Part shown: in pieces, positions 31,485-39,368 of the stretch
Position numbering within the stretch: the first letter of the stretch is position 1
How the letters are laid out: every line of letters begins with the position of its first letter
From: a virus
Length of the DNA stretch: 64,000 nt
IMG/VR virus record: IMGVR_UViG_3300010376_000003
Span: 1 to 64,000 of that record
Strand: one strand, 5' to 3'
The notes under the pieces: model-generated
The model's database searches: none
Seen by the model: only the letters and a program-made list of their open reading frames with translations
What the model was told of the DNA's origin: nothing
Program-made: the position numbers and the translations under genes

Positions 31485-31799
31485 GTGGGCATGGCAAAGG
31501 TGGGGAAAAGGAGCAGCCCGACGCGCGCGGTCATCAACCAGTGGGCGCTGGACCACGACGTCGAACTGATCCTCCTCGACCCGCCCGAGCACTTCGACCA
31601 GGCCATCCTCGGCCTGGTCGAAGGCTACGGCCAGGAGCTGGCGGTGGTCTACGACGAGGCGAAGGTGCTCGCGGCGCTGAAGAAGGCCGGCATGACCGAC
31701 GAGGACGCGCGCGAATGGTTTTCCTACAACACCCTTGGGGCCTATCTCGGGGAGGCGACACCGCGCTTCCTCCTGCGGCCCTGGGAGGAGGACGAGTAA
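31485..31799 (+). CDS. hypothetical protein (104 aa)
   Basis: GTG start with GAGGAG upstream. Track ORF. Confidence 0.5.
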   Translation: MGMAKVGKRSSPTRAVINQWALDHDVELILLDPPEHFDQAILGLVEGYGQELAVVYDEAKVLAALKKAGMTDEDAREWFSYNTLGAYLGEATPRFLLRPWEEDE

Positions 31800-32062
31800 T
31801 GCGAGCCCAAGTGCGTGGTCGTGCGGTGACTGTCGAGCCGCCAGCGGAGGTTGGTGGCAAGCCGTTCCTCGTCGTGCAGCTCCTCATCGAGTGTGACATC
31901 TGCGGTGAGCACGACTATGTCATCGCCGGCCACCACCTGCGGCCGATCGTGAGCCTCCTCCAGGAGTTCATCCAGACAGAACCGGAGCTGACCGCCGAGG
32001 GCGAGGTCGAGGCGGTCGGCATGACGATGAAGCGAATGCGCTTCGATCCGGACAGCAACTGA
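31799..32062 (+). CDS. hypothetical protein (87 aa)
   Basis: TAATG overlap with the upstream gene. Sequence MRAQVRGRAVTVEPPAEVGGKPFLVVQLLIECDICGEHDY... Confidence 0.5.
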   Translation: MRAQVRGRAVTVEPPAEVGGKPFLVVQLLIECDICGEHDYVIAGHHLRPIVSLLQEFIQTEPELTAEGEVEAVGMTMKRMRFDPDSN

Positions 32063-32073
32063 GGAGGACAGCC

Positions 32074-32349
32074 GTGGGGGTCAGCAACAGCAGCAACAAG
32101 ATGGTCACGCCCGACGACGACGTGCCGGTCGTACCGAGTGCGCGCGGACGCATCTACCGGGTCTATCCCGAGCGAGGCTTCGGCTTCATCCGCTGCACCG
32201 AGGGCGGCGATGTGGGGAGTGACTATTTCTTCCACCACAGCGGCCTGGACGACTGCCGCATCGAGGAGCTGGAGGAGGGGAGCGTCGTGAAGTTCGAGCC
32301 CAGGACAGTGGCGAAGGGGCTGCGCGCGGAACATATCCAGAGGACGTGA
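32074..32349 (+). CDS. cold-shock-domain protein (91 aa)
   Basis: RGFGFI (RNP1-like) and YFFHH (RNP2-like) occur with CSD spacing: GRIYRVYPERGFGFIRCTEGGDVGSDYFFHHSGL...EGSVVKFEP. Confidence 0.7.
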   Translation: MGVSNSSNKMVTPDDDVPVVPSARGRIYRVYPERGFGFIRCTEGGDVGSDYFFHHSGLDDCRIEELEEGSVVKFEPRTVAKGLRAEHIQRT

Positions 32350-33821
32350 TGCTGCGCCAGGCTACCCCTCCTGACCCGAGTCTGAGCTTCGGGCTGCGCC
32401 CGCCTACGCCGGTGGCTGATGTACCCCGGCCGGCTGTCGTACCCAAGGAGACGGTACCGGCGCCGGTCAGCCCCGACACGCCGCTTGTCACTGCAGGCGG
32501 GGACAGCGGACTCTGGCCGTCGCCGGTGCCGACCTTCACCTACTTAGCTGGCGCCGCTGGCAGCGGGAAAACCTTCGCGACCAAGGAGTGGGCGGCGCGT
32601 GAGAGCGGGCTCCTCCTCTGCGCGACGACCGGCATCGCGGCCATCAACCTGGGCGGCGAGACAGTCAATTCGATCCTGGGTTACTTCGACACCGCCAGCC
32701 TGCAGGAGAGTTACGTCAACGGCTTCCTCACCGCGAAGCTGGGGAAGCTGTGGCGAGCGGGGGTGCGCCGGCTGATCCTCGACGAGGTCTCGATGCTGGC
32801 CGGCGACCAGCTCACCTACATCGTCAAGGCGATCGAGGAGGTGAACGGGCGGGGGTATGTGCTGGGGAAGTGGACTGCCGACGATGAGGACACGCCGCCA
32901 CCGGCCATGGGCCTGACGCTGGTCGGCGACTTCCTCCAGCTCTCACCGGTGAAGGCGACCTACGCCTTCGAGAGTAGCGAGTGGGGACGGTTCACCCCGA
33001 ACGTGATCACCCTCACCGAGATCCGCCGGCAGGCCGACCCCGAGTTCATCGAGATGCTGCGGGCCGCCAGGAGCGGCAAGGGCCAGGTCGTGGCCGACTA
33101 CTTCCAAGCGCGCAACGCCATCCAGCAGGAGACCGACCAGCACTTCGACGGGCCGACCATCTTCGCGAAGAACGAGAGCGTCGACCGGCACAACTACCTG
33201 CGGCTGGCTGCGGTCACCGGGCGGGAGGTCGTCTTCCCGAGCACCCGCTTCGGCAAGCTGCGCAGCGAGTGGGGGCAGCTGGAGAAGCCCGAGCACACCT
33301 GGGGCATCCCGAAGACGCTCACGCTGAAAGTCGGCGCGCTGGTGATGATCCTGGCGAACGAGCGCGACACCGAGAGTCACCAACTGGTGTATGTGAACGG
33401 CGACCTGGGGACGATTGTCGACGCCGAGGACGGCTGCGCGCATGTGCGACTGCAGCGCACCGGCGAGGTGGTGAAGGTGACGCCGGTCGAGCGGGCGGTG
33501 CGCGTGCCGTGCGACTCGGCGCGCAGGACCGAGCTGCGCAAGCAGGGCAAGGGCGACTTCATCGACGGGAAGTGGGAGATCGTCGGGGGGATTATCTACA
33601 TGCCACTGCGGGTTGCATATGCAAGCACAGTCCACAAGAGCCAGGGGCTGAGCCTGGACAAGGTGCAGATCAACGTCCGCGATCCTTTTTTCAGAACCGC
33701 CGGCATGTTGTATGTCGCCCTCTCGCGGGCACGTACGGCCGAGGGGCTGCGATTGGTGGGGAGCCCGCAGGCGCTCGACGAGCGCGCGACAGTCGATCCA
33801 CGGGTGAAGCAGTGGCTGTGA
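32346..33821 (+). CDS. PIF1/RecD-family ATP-dependent DNA helicase (491 aa)
   Basis: Walker A is GAAGSGKTF and Walker B is LILDEVSML. The C-terminus reads YASTVHKSQGLSLDKVQINV...LYVALSRARTAEGLRLVG. Confidence 0.85.
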   Translation: MMLRQATPPDPSLSFGLRPPTPVADVPRPAVVPKETVPAPVSPDTPLVTAGGDSGLWPSPVPTFTYLAGAAGSGKTFATKEWAARESGLLLCATTGIAAINLGGETVNSILGYFDTASLQESYVNGFLTAKLGKLWRAGVRRLILDEVSMLAGDQLTYIVKAIEEVNGRGYVLGKWTADDEDTPPPAMGLTLVGDFLQLSPVKATYAFESSEWGRFTPNVITLTEIRRQADPEFIEMLRAARSGKGQVVADYFQARNAIQQETDQHFDGPTIFAKNESVDRHNYLRLAAVTGREVVFPSTRFGKLRSEWGQLEKPEHTWGIPKTLTLKVGALVMILANERDTESHQLVYVNGDLGTIVDAEDGCAHVRLQRTGEVVKVTPVERAVRVPCDSARRTELRKQGKGDFIDGKWEIVGGIIYMPLRVAYASTVHKSQGLSLDKVQINVRDPFFRTAGMLYVALSRARTAEGLRLVGSPQALDERATVDPRVKQWL

Positions 33822-34395
33822 TCAGGGCGTGGCAAGCGATGGTCGGGCGAGGCGCGGGTTGGCTTGGCAAGGTGCGGCCCGGCGGGGTATGGCCTGGCTA
33901 GGTGTGGCGAGCTTGGGTGAGCTGCGGCAAGGAAGGCCTAGGCTTGGTCGGCTTAGGCGGGGCGTGGCGAGGCGCGGTCTGGTGCGGCTTGACTTGGTCT
34001 GGCACGGCGAGGCGGGGTCTGGTCCGGTGGGGTCTGGTGTTGGTGGGGCTCGGCATGGTCTGGTGTGCTGAGGCTAGGTTGGGAGGGGCGTGGCAGGGCT
34101 TGCCATGGTTGTGCGACGGCGAGCTTGGGCAGGGTCGAGTGGGGCGTGGCGCGGCGAGGCACGACACGGTTCGGTGTGGCTCGGTCAGGCTTGGCTTGGT
34201 CGGCTAAGGCACGGTATGGCTGGATTTGGTCAGGCTAGGCACGGCGTGGTGTGGTGAGGAGAGATCTGGTCAGCCGCGCTCGGGTGGGCAGTGACGCGGC
34301 TTGGCGTGCCGGGGCTTGGCGGGCCGAGGCGGGGCGCGGTAAGTCGGGGCAAGGTCCGGTGTGACGTGGTGTGGTCAACGCAGAGAAGAGGAGCT
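33822..34395 (+). repeat. G+T-skewed, A-poor degenerate repeat tract (GGCNTGG-type words)
   Basis: Read directly, e.g. 4 A in the 60 nt at 33961-34020. Recurrent words are GGCGTGGC and GGCTTGG, GGCTTGGTCGGCT(T/A)AGGC (33943 and 34195) and GGCGAGCTTGGG (33909 and 34118). Only short W/G/R/L-rich ORFs cross it. Confidence 0.75.
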
Positions 34396-34401
34396 ACGAC
34401 G

Positions 34402-35031
34402 ATGGCTAAGAAGACAACGATGCCGACAGCGATTGGTCCCGTGAGCAACGGCGCAACCGCGTTCATCCAGGCGCGGGCGCCTTATCTCGCATCCGTTGAA
34501 GTTACAGGGGTCGCCGACATGCTGTTCCACGGGTGGAACGTCGAGGCGATTGCGGAAGGCGCCGACAGGCCGAAGGGGTCGAAGGAAAAGAAGACCGACA
34601 ACCTGGAGTCGTACGTCTACCGGGACGCTGACGGCTACATCGGTATCCCCGGCAACTACCTCACCGCGACGATCATCAATGCGGCGAAGTATCGACAGGA
34701 CCCGCGCAGTCCGCGCAAGTCGGCGATGGACCTGTTTCGCGCGGGCGTGCTGCCGATGACCCCGATCGCGTCACTCGGTACCAAGAAGTGGGACTACGAG
34801 CACCGTTGCCGTGTGACCATCCAGCGCAACGGCGTCACACGCTGCCGACCAGCATTCAAGGCGGGCTGGAGGGCGCAGTTCGAGTTGCAGGTGATCCTCC
34901 CTGAGTACATCCCGCCGGATGTCCTGAATACCACGATCACCGAGGCCGGTCGGCTCTGCGGCCTCGCGGACTTCCGACCGACCTACGGGCGCTTCCAGGT
35001 AACGCACTTCGAGATGGTGAGCTTGTCGTGA
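34402..35031 (+). CDS. hypothetical protein (209 aa)
   Basis: ATG at 34402 with AGAGGAG upstream. The N-terminus of track ORF 34291.. lies in the repeat tract. I recognised no family. Confidence 0.6.
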   Translation: MAKKTTMPTAIGPVSNGATAFIQARAPYLASVEVTGVADMLFHGWNVEAIAEGADRPKGSKEKKTDNLESYVYRDADGYIGIPGNYLTATIINAAKYRQDPRSPRKSAMDLFRAGVLPMTPIASLGTKKWDYEHRCRVTIQRNGVTRCRPAFKAGWRAQFELQVILPEYIPPDVLNTTITEAGRLCGLADFRPTYGRFQVTHFEMVSLS

Positions 35032-35088
35032 GTGAACCGCGACCGCGACAAGTCGACAGCGACCGTGTAACCAACAAAGGAGGAACAG

Positions 35089-35553
35089 ATGGCAGCGATC
35101 CCAGTCATTCTCAACGGCACCTTCACCCAGGACAACGGCCAGAGCTTCAACGGCACGTTCCAGGGGGTGATGGGCTACAGCAACCTCGCGATCGGCGGCG
35201 GCCCGATCCCGGCGCCGCCGGGCGTCCCGACGCATCCCATCGTCCCGCCGGGTGGCTATCCCGAGCCTGGGCACCCGATCGTCCCGCCGGGTGGCTATCC
35301 GCATCCAGAGCACCCGATTGTGTTGCCGCCCTACCCACCCGGCGTGCCGACACACCCGATCGTGTTGCCGCCGGACCAGCCGGGGCACCCGGCGCACCCG
35401 ATCGTCATTCCGGACCCGCCGGTGGACGTGCCGCCGGATGTGCCGCCCGGGACGGTGGTGAAGCCGCCGCCCGAGAGCGGGGGCTGGGGCTGGATCGCGC
35501 CCTACGGCTGGGGCTATTTCCCGGCCGTGGGTGACGCCGGCCCGAAGAAGTAA
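35089..35553 (+). CDS. Pro-rich protein with five HPIV(P/L/I)P repeats (154 aa)
   Basis: AAAGGAGGAA SD. Repeats at aa ~44-108 (nt 35218-35412): PTHPIVPPGGYPEPGHPIVPPGGYPHPEHPIVLPPYPPGVPTHPIVLPPDQPGHPAHPIVIPDPP. The C-terminus is Trp/Gly-rich (GGWGWIAPYGWGYFP). Confidence 0.6.
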   Translation: MAAIPVILNGTFTQDNGQSFNGTFQGVMGYSNLAIGGGPIPAPPGVPTHPIVPPGGYPEPGHPIVPPGGYPHPEHPIVLPPYPPGVPTHPIVLPPDQPGHPAHPIVIPDPPVDVPPDVPPGTVVKPPPESGGWGWIAPYGWGYFPAVGDAGPKK

Positions 35554-35665
35554 GCCCGCGGGCTCCTGGGACACCGGTCAGCCGCTGATCGTTCCGCCTG
35601 ACCACTTGTCCAAACCACCCGTGTGGCCCCGAGCGGGGAGGAGGCTTCGGGGCACTCTTCTGGAG

Positions 35666-36289
35666 ATGCATATGCTACTGTCGCGCACGCTCGACCCGAG
35701 TGACTACCAGCACCTGGGGGCGATGCTGGAGGCGGTCGACTGCTACCAGCTGGAGGGCGAGCCGCCGCACCGGCGGTGGGAGTATGCCCTGGCGCTGCAG
35801 GCGATCGGGGAGTGGCACGCGACCGGGCGCCCGTTGCGGGACCCGGTCTACGACGTCACCGACGGGGCGACGCCCTTCCAGCAGCTACTCACGCAGGGTA
35901 CCGGTTGTGCCGTGCGCGTCTGGGACGCCGACATCACCGCCATCCTGGGCCTGAGCACGGGCGCGCAGCTGGCGAGCGTGGTGACCTGCCTCTCGACGAT
36001 CGATCGCGTGCCGCAGCTCGACGACTTCCTCTACTACCTCTCCTGCCTGGTGGCGCCTGGCGGCCTGCTGGTCCTGACGATGCCCTTCTGGGACCGCTGC
36101 GGGCCTGACACCGCACACGGGCACGAGGCGCGCCAGCGAATCTTCTGTCCCAAGACCTACCTGCAGCTGCGGAACACGGCGGTGATGCGGTATCACCTGG
36201 CACCGTTCGGTGGGGTCGACCCGACCTATCACGGCGCGCAGGTCGAGGACCACTCGGTCGCCAGCCTGGTCCTGGAGAAGCGTCGGTGA
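35666..36289 (+). CDS. class I methyltransferase-fold protein, divergent SAM motif (207 aa), paralog 1
   Basis: RRWEYALALQAI...VYDVTDGATPF (degenerate motif I)...VRVWDAD...CLSTIDRVPQLDDFLYYLSCLVAPGGLLVLTMPF. Ends EDHSVASLVLEKRR, like its neighbour. The start ATGCATATG is uncertain. Confidence 0.55.
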   Translation: MHMLLSRTLDPSDYQHLGAMLEAVDCYQLEGEPPHRRWEYALALQAIGEWHATGRPLRDPVYDVTDGATPFQQLLTQGTGCAVRVWDADITAILGLSTGAQLASVVTCLSTIDRVPQLDDFLYYLSCLVAPGGLLVLTMPFWDRCGPDTAHGHEARQRIFCPKTYLQLRNTAVMRYHLAPFGGVDPTYHGAQVEDHSVASLVLEKRR

Positions 36290-36852
36290 GACTCGGCCTC
36301 AGCCTCTCGCTGTCGCGGACCTGCGACCTGGAGGACTTCGCCTCCTCGACGGTCGTCGACTGGCAGCAAGCGCTGGCCGAGCACGCGTGGCAGCAGTGGG
36401 AGATTCGGCACGCCGTCCTGCGGGGCGAAGCCGCCCTGGTCATCAACCAGGCAGGCGTGCCGTTCGTGGCGCCGGGCTACCTCGATGCGCGCTATCACGG
36501 TCAGCTGGAGGCGCTCGCCGACGACCCGCCGGCCGGTCCTGGCCCGGCCCTCTACGGGCTGCACGTCCTCGACCACATCGAGGCGCCGGTGAAGTTCCTC
36601 GCAGGCGCCGGCCGGCTGCTGCGCCCGGGCGGGTTGTTGTTTCTGACCTTCGCCTACTGGAACGCTGAGGGGCAGGACGCGGCGGCGGGCGCCGCCAGCC
36701 GCACGCGCATCTACAGCGCCGACAGCTTGAACAAGCTGATTGGCGAGGCGCGGCGGCTCGGGTTCAGCACGTTCGGCGGCATCGACTGGACCTACCACGG
36801 CAACACGGTCGACGACCATACGCTCGCGAGCCTGGTGCTCGTGAAGCGGTGA
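36286..36852 (+). CDS. class I methyltransferase-fold protein, divergent SAM motif (188 aa), paralog 2
   Basis: GTGA overlap start. WQQWEIRHAVL...ALVINQAGVPF...GLHVLDHIEAPVKFLAGAGRLLRPGGLLFLTF. Ends DDHTLASLVLVKR. Confidence 0.6.
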   Translation: MRLGLSLSLSRTCDLEDFASSTVVDWQQALAEHAWQQWEIRHAVLRGEAALVINQAGVPFVAPGYLDARYHGQLEALADDPPAGPGPALYGLHVLDHIEAPVKFLAGAGRLLRPGGLLFLTFAYWNAEGQDAAAGAASRTRIYSADSLNKLIGEARRLGFSTFGGIDWTYHGNTVDDHTLASLVLVKR

Positions 36853-36862
36853 GAGGAGAGGC

Positions 36863-36967
36863 ATGTGGGAACTAGAGATCGGCTCGCGGTTATTGAGTGC
36901 GGTGGTCGTCGGCCTGCTCGCCGTCCTGGTCGTCGAGTGGTGGAAGTTCCGCAGCGGCCGGCGGTGA
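36863..36967 (+). CDS. mini membrane protein (34 aa)
   Basis: AGGAGAGG SD directly upstream. Hand-translated MWELEIGSRLLSAVVVGLLAVLVVEWWKFRSGRR. Below the track cut-off. Confidence 0.4.
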   Translation: MWELEIGSRLLSAVVVGLLAVLVVEWWKFRSGRR

Positions 36968-36987
36968 CGACAGGGATAGACAAGCAT

Positions 36988-37194
36988 ATGCATGCTGAGG
37001 TAGACTCAGACCCGTGGCTGACGACCGCGGACGTGGAGGCGCGGGTGCAAGTGGGCAGGAAGTTGATCTACCGGGCGATCCGGCGCGGCAAGCTCCGCGC
37101 GGCGCAGATCGACGGGCGCGGCGACTACCGCTTCAGGCGAAGCTGGGTCGACGGGTGGGTGGAGAGTTGTGCGGAGCCGGTGAGAGTCAAGTAG
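36988..37194 (+). CDS. xis: excisionase-family DNA-binding protein (68 aa)
   Basis: WLTTADVEARVQVGRKLIYRAIRRGKLRAAQIDGRGDYRFRRSWVDGW fits the excisionase/MerR-like HTH pattern. It lies immediately upstream of the integrase. The ATG lies within a GCATATGCATG motif. Confidence 0.65.
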   Translation: MHAEVDSDPWLTTADVEARVQVGRKLIYRAIRRGKLRAAQIDGRGDYRFRRSWVDGWVESCAEPVRVK

Positions 37195-37213
37195 GAGCAG
37201 GAGGAGAGCGACG

Positions 37214-38644
37214 ATGACGATGACGACGACGACAAAGAAGGACCATCACGGGGTGCAGAAGACCTGCAAGTGCGGGCGGGAGGCGTGGGCGCACTGCCCC
37301 CACAGCTGGTACCTGCGGTGGAGCTGGAAGGGCCAGTACTGGCAGGTCAAGATCGATGACTACAACGGCGGCACGCACGTCGTCGCCGAGCGCACCGCGC
37401 GCCAGCTGGCCGCGGAGGTTCAGGAGCGCATCAAGGCAGGGACGTACGAGAAGCCGAAGCCGAAGGCGCCGGAGATCGCCGCCATGGCGGTCGACGCCGG
37501 CTTGACGATGGCCGACCTGGGCGCGCTGTTCTTCAAGCACGCGAAGAACGTACGCACCAGCCGCTCCCTGAGCAAGGGGCAGCGGGACAAGTGGGCTGCC
37601 CTGATGGTGACCAAGGTCGTCCGCGCCGGCACGACCACGCCGGTCGCGGTGGGCGACATCCTCGCCAACAGCCTCACCGTAGCCGACATCTCGCGCGTGC
37701 GTGACGCCTACGCGGAGGAGCGCGTCGTGCGGATCGTCGACAAGCGCGGGCGCAGCTACGAGCGGGAGATCGGCGGCACGCGGGCGGCCAACCGCACGCT
37801 CGGCCTGTGGCGGCGGGTCTACGCCTGGGCCGTGCCTCGCGGGGACGTCACGGTGATGCCGTTCATCGAGAAGGGTGTCCCGACCGTGAAGAAGTTCGGC
37901 GAGAAGGGGCGCGAGCGCCGGTTCGCGGACGACGAGCAGGAGCGGCTGGAGGCGGTGATTGCCACCAGCCGGGTGGCGGAGTTGTTCCAGGACGCGTTCG
38001 ACTTCGCGCTGGGGACCTGCTGTCGCAAGAGCGAGGTCTGGAACGTGCGCTGGTACCAGGTTCGTTGGAGTACCAACGAGATCGCGCTGGAGGCCAGCCA
38101 GACCAAGAACGGCCAGGCGCGGGTGGTCCCGATGCTGAAGGAGATCCGCGCGATGCTCGAACGCCGCAAGCTCGACCCGAGCGGCAAGCCGTGGGGGCAG
38201 CTCCAGTACATCTTCCACGATGGCACGGGCGGCAAGCGCGGCGAACTGAAGCGACCCTGGACGCGGGTGCGGCTGCGCGCGGCGGGCTTTACGGGCCAGA
38301 TCTGGGAGCCAGGCACCGGCCGCTTGACGGCCGAGGCGAAGGCCGTGTCGAAGGAGCTGAAGGAGAGCGGCAGGCGGGTGACATGGCACGACATGCGGCG
38401 TGAGGGTGCATCGAGCATGGTCGATGACGGGCTCGACCCGCGCGCCGCGCAGATGCTGCTCGACCACGAGAGCCTGCAGACGACGAGCAAGTATCTGAAG
38501 CTGGGGCGGAAGGCGCTGCACGGCGAGATGCAGCGTATGGAAGAGCGGCGGAAACTAGTACCGGCTAGTACCGGGGAGGGGTCGGAGCAGAAGACGGGCG
38601 AGGGGACCGCTGAGAGCGATCCCGCTAAGTTGAAGGCCTCGTAG
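37214..38644 (+). CDS. int: tyrosine integrase (476 aa)
   Basis: C-terminal catalytic region: ...ALGTCCRKSEVWNVRW...VTWHDMRREGASSMVDDGLDPRAAQMLLDHESLQTTSKYLKLG (R...H-x-x-R...H...Y). Adjacent xis and tRNA-like att core. Confidence 0.9.
   Translation: MTMTTTTKKDHHGVQKTCKCGREAWAHCPHSWYLRWSWKGQYWQVKIDDYNGGTHVVAERTARQLAAEVQERIKAGTYEKPKPKAPEIAAMAVDAGLTMADLGALFFKHAKNVRTSRSLSKGQRDKWAALMVTKVVRAGTTTPVAVGDILANSLTVADISRVRDAYAEERVVRIVDKRGRSYEREIGGTRAANRTLGLWRRVYAWAVPRGDVTVMPFIEKGVPTVKKFGEKGRERRFADDEQERLEAVIATSRVAELFQDAFDFALGTCCRKSEVWNVRWYQVRWSTNEIALEASQTKNGQARVVPMLKEIRAMLERRKLDPSGKPWGQLQYIFHDGTGGKRGELKRPWTRVRLRAAGFTGQIWEPGTGRLTAEAKAVSKELKESGRRVTWHDMRREGASSMVDDGLDPRAAQMLLDHESLQTTSKYLKLGRKALHGEMQRMEERRKLVPASTGEGSEQKTGEGTAESDPAKLKAS
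38555..38574. repeat. tandem CTAGTACCGG x2 (putative integrase arm-type sites, left arm)
   Basis: Perfect 10-nt tandem duplication inside the last codons of int. The same 10-mer forms the palindrome at 38792-38807. Confidence 0.6.
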
Positions 38645-38653
38645 GGGTTAGGG

Positions 38654-38722
38654 TGGTGGGCGCTGCAGGACTCGGACCTGCGATCTCGTGCGTGTGAAGC
38701 AGGGGTTCTGTGGCGTCCCACC
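38654..38722 (-). other. tRNA 3'-part-like sequence, putative attP core
   Basis: Minus strand reads ...CCTGC-TTCACAC-GCACG-AGATC-GCAGG-TCCGAGT-CCTGC-AGCGCCC-A-CCA. That is an anticodon-arm-like segment (CAC, one mismatch), a variable loop, a perfect T-arm, the acceptor 3' strand and CCA. There is no D-arm or matching 5' acceptor strand, so it is not a complete tRNA gene. Confidence 0.6.
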
Positions 38723-38791
38723 GGTTTTATTGGGGTTTTTCAGGCCTGTTTTCGCTTAAGTAGCCCGTTCTGGGCCCCCGTTCCCCGAAAA

Positions 38792-38807
38792 CTAGTACCG
38801 GTACTAG
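38792..38807. repeat. 16-nt palindrome CTAGTACCGGTACTAG (inverted pair of the arm 10-mer, right arm)
   Basis: Read directly, ~70 nt to the right of the tRNA-like core. Confidence 0.6.
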
Positions 38808-38892
38808 GCCTAAGCAAGCCATAAGGTCTGTAAGGGACTTGTAAGAGTGACCCCGTGCCACACGCGCATGGGGTCACTGAAGGAGGGGGGCG

Positions 38893-39156
38893 GTGACGAC
38901 AAAACCGACACAAGACAGCGGCTGGGACACCCCGATCGACGAACGGCAGAGCGAGTGGTACCGCTTCCTCCAGGAGATCGAGCAGCTGCTGCCTGATGCG
39001 CAGTGGGCGGCTGAGACGCTCGAAGGCATCCAGGAGACGGTCGAGCGCACCAGGACGGTGAGTGAGGGGCAGCGGCGGGCGGTCAGGAACATCGAGGCGG
39101 CGAAGGACCGGACGCCGCGGGGCAGCCGGCGGCGCTACGAGGGCTGGCGGCGCTGA
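38893..39156 (+). CDS. hypothetical protein (87 aa)
   Basis: GTG start with GAAGGAGGGGGG upstream. Preceded by an 8-bp-stem hairpin, GTGACCCC...GGGGTCAC (38848-38878). Confidence 0.55.
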   Translation: MTTKPTQDSGWDTPIDERQSEWYRFLQEIEQLLPDAQWAAETLEGIQETVERTRTVSEGQRRAVRNIEAAKDRTPRGSRRRYEGWRR

Positions 39157-39368
39157 TGCGGCGCAAGGAGACCGAGACCATCCTGGTGCCGCACGAGTAC
39201 ATGCTGCTGGCCGACCGGCGTACCGACGCGATCGTGCGCCGCTGCTGCGCGGACCAGAACATCGTCGAGAGCGTCGCCAGGAGCTGCTACCTGCAGGGCG
39301 TGTGGGACGGGGTCCAGGTGGCTATCGCGTACCCGGAGCTGCTGCAGCTGTTGAAGGAGCAGAGCTGA
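39156..39368 (+). CDS. hypothetical protein (70 aa)
   Basis: TGATG coupling at both ends. Confidence 0.5.
   Translation: MRRKETETILVPHEYMLLADRRTDAIVRRCCADQNIVESVARSCYLQGVWDGVQVAIAYPELLQLLKEQS

Noticed and set aside
33829-34207. ORFs of 80-101 aa with W/G/R/L-rich pseudo-repeats inside the G+T-skewed tract, as possible repeat proteins.
   Set aside because: No frame stays open across the tract, there is no SD, and the composition simply mirrors the nucleotide skew. Treated as noncoding.
35531-35665. N-terminal extension of the first MTase-like ORF (GTG 35531, MTPARRSKPAGSWDTGQPLIVPP...).
   Set aside because: It overlaps the Pro-rich gene end and is Arg/Pro-rich and non-protein-like. The MTase-fold similarity to the paralog starts only after the ATGCATATG at 35666.
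36977-37006. TAGACA-N18-TAGACT read as a sigma70-like promoter for xis. A similar GGTAGACT occurs at 18646.
   Set aside because: A transcript from it would start downstream of the only ATG (36988) that preserves the conserved excisionase N-terminal helix. The motif is therefore more likely an operator or other site, and is discussed under the GCATATGC finding.
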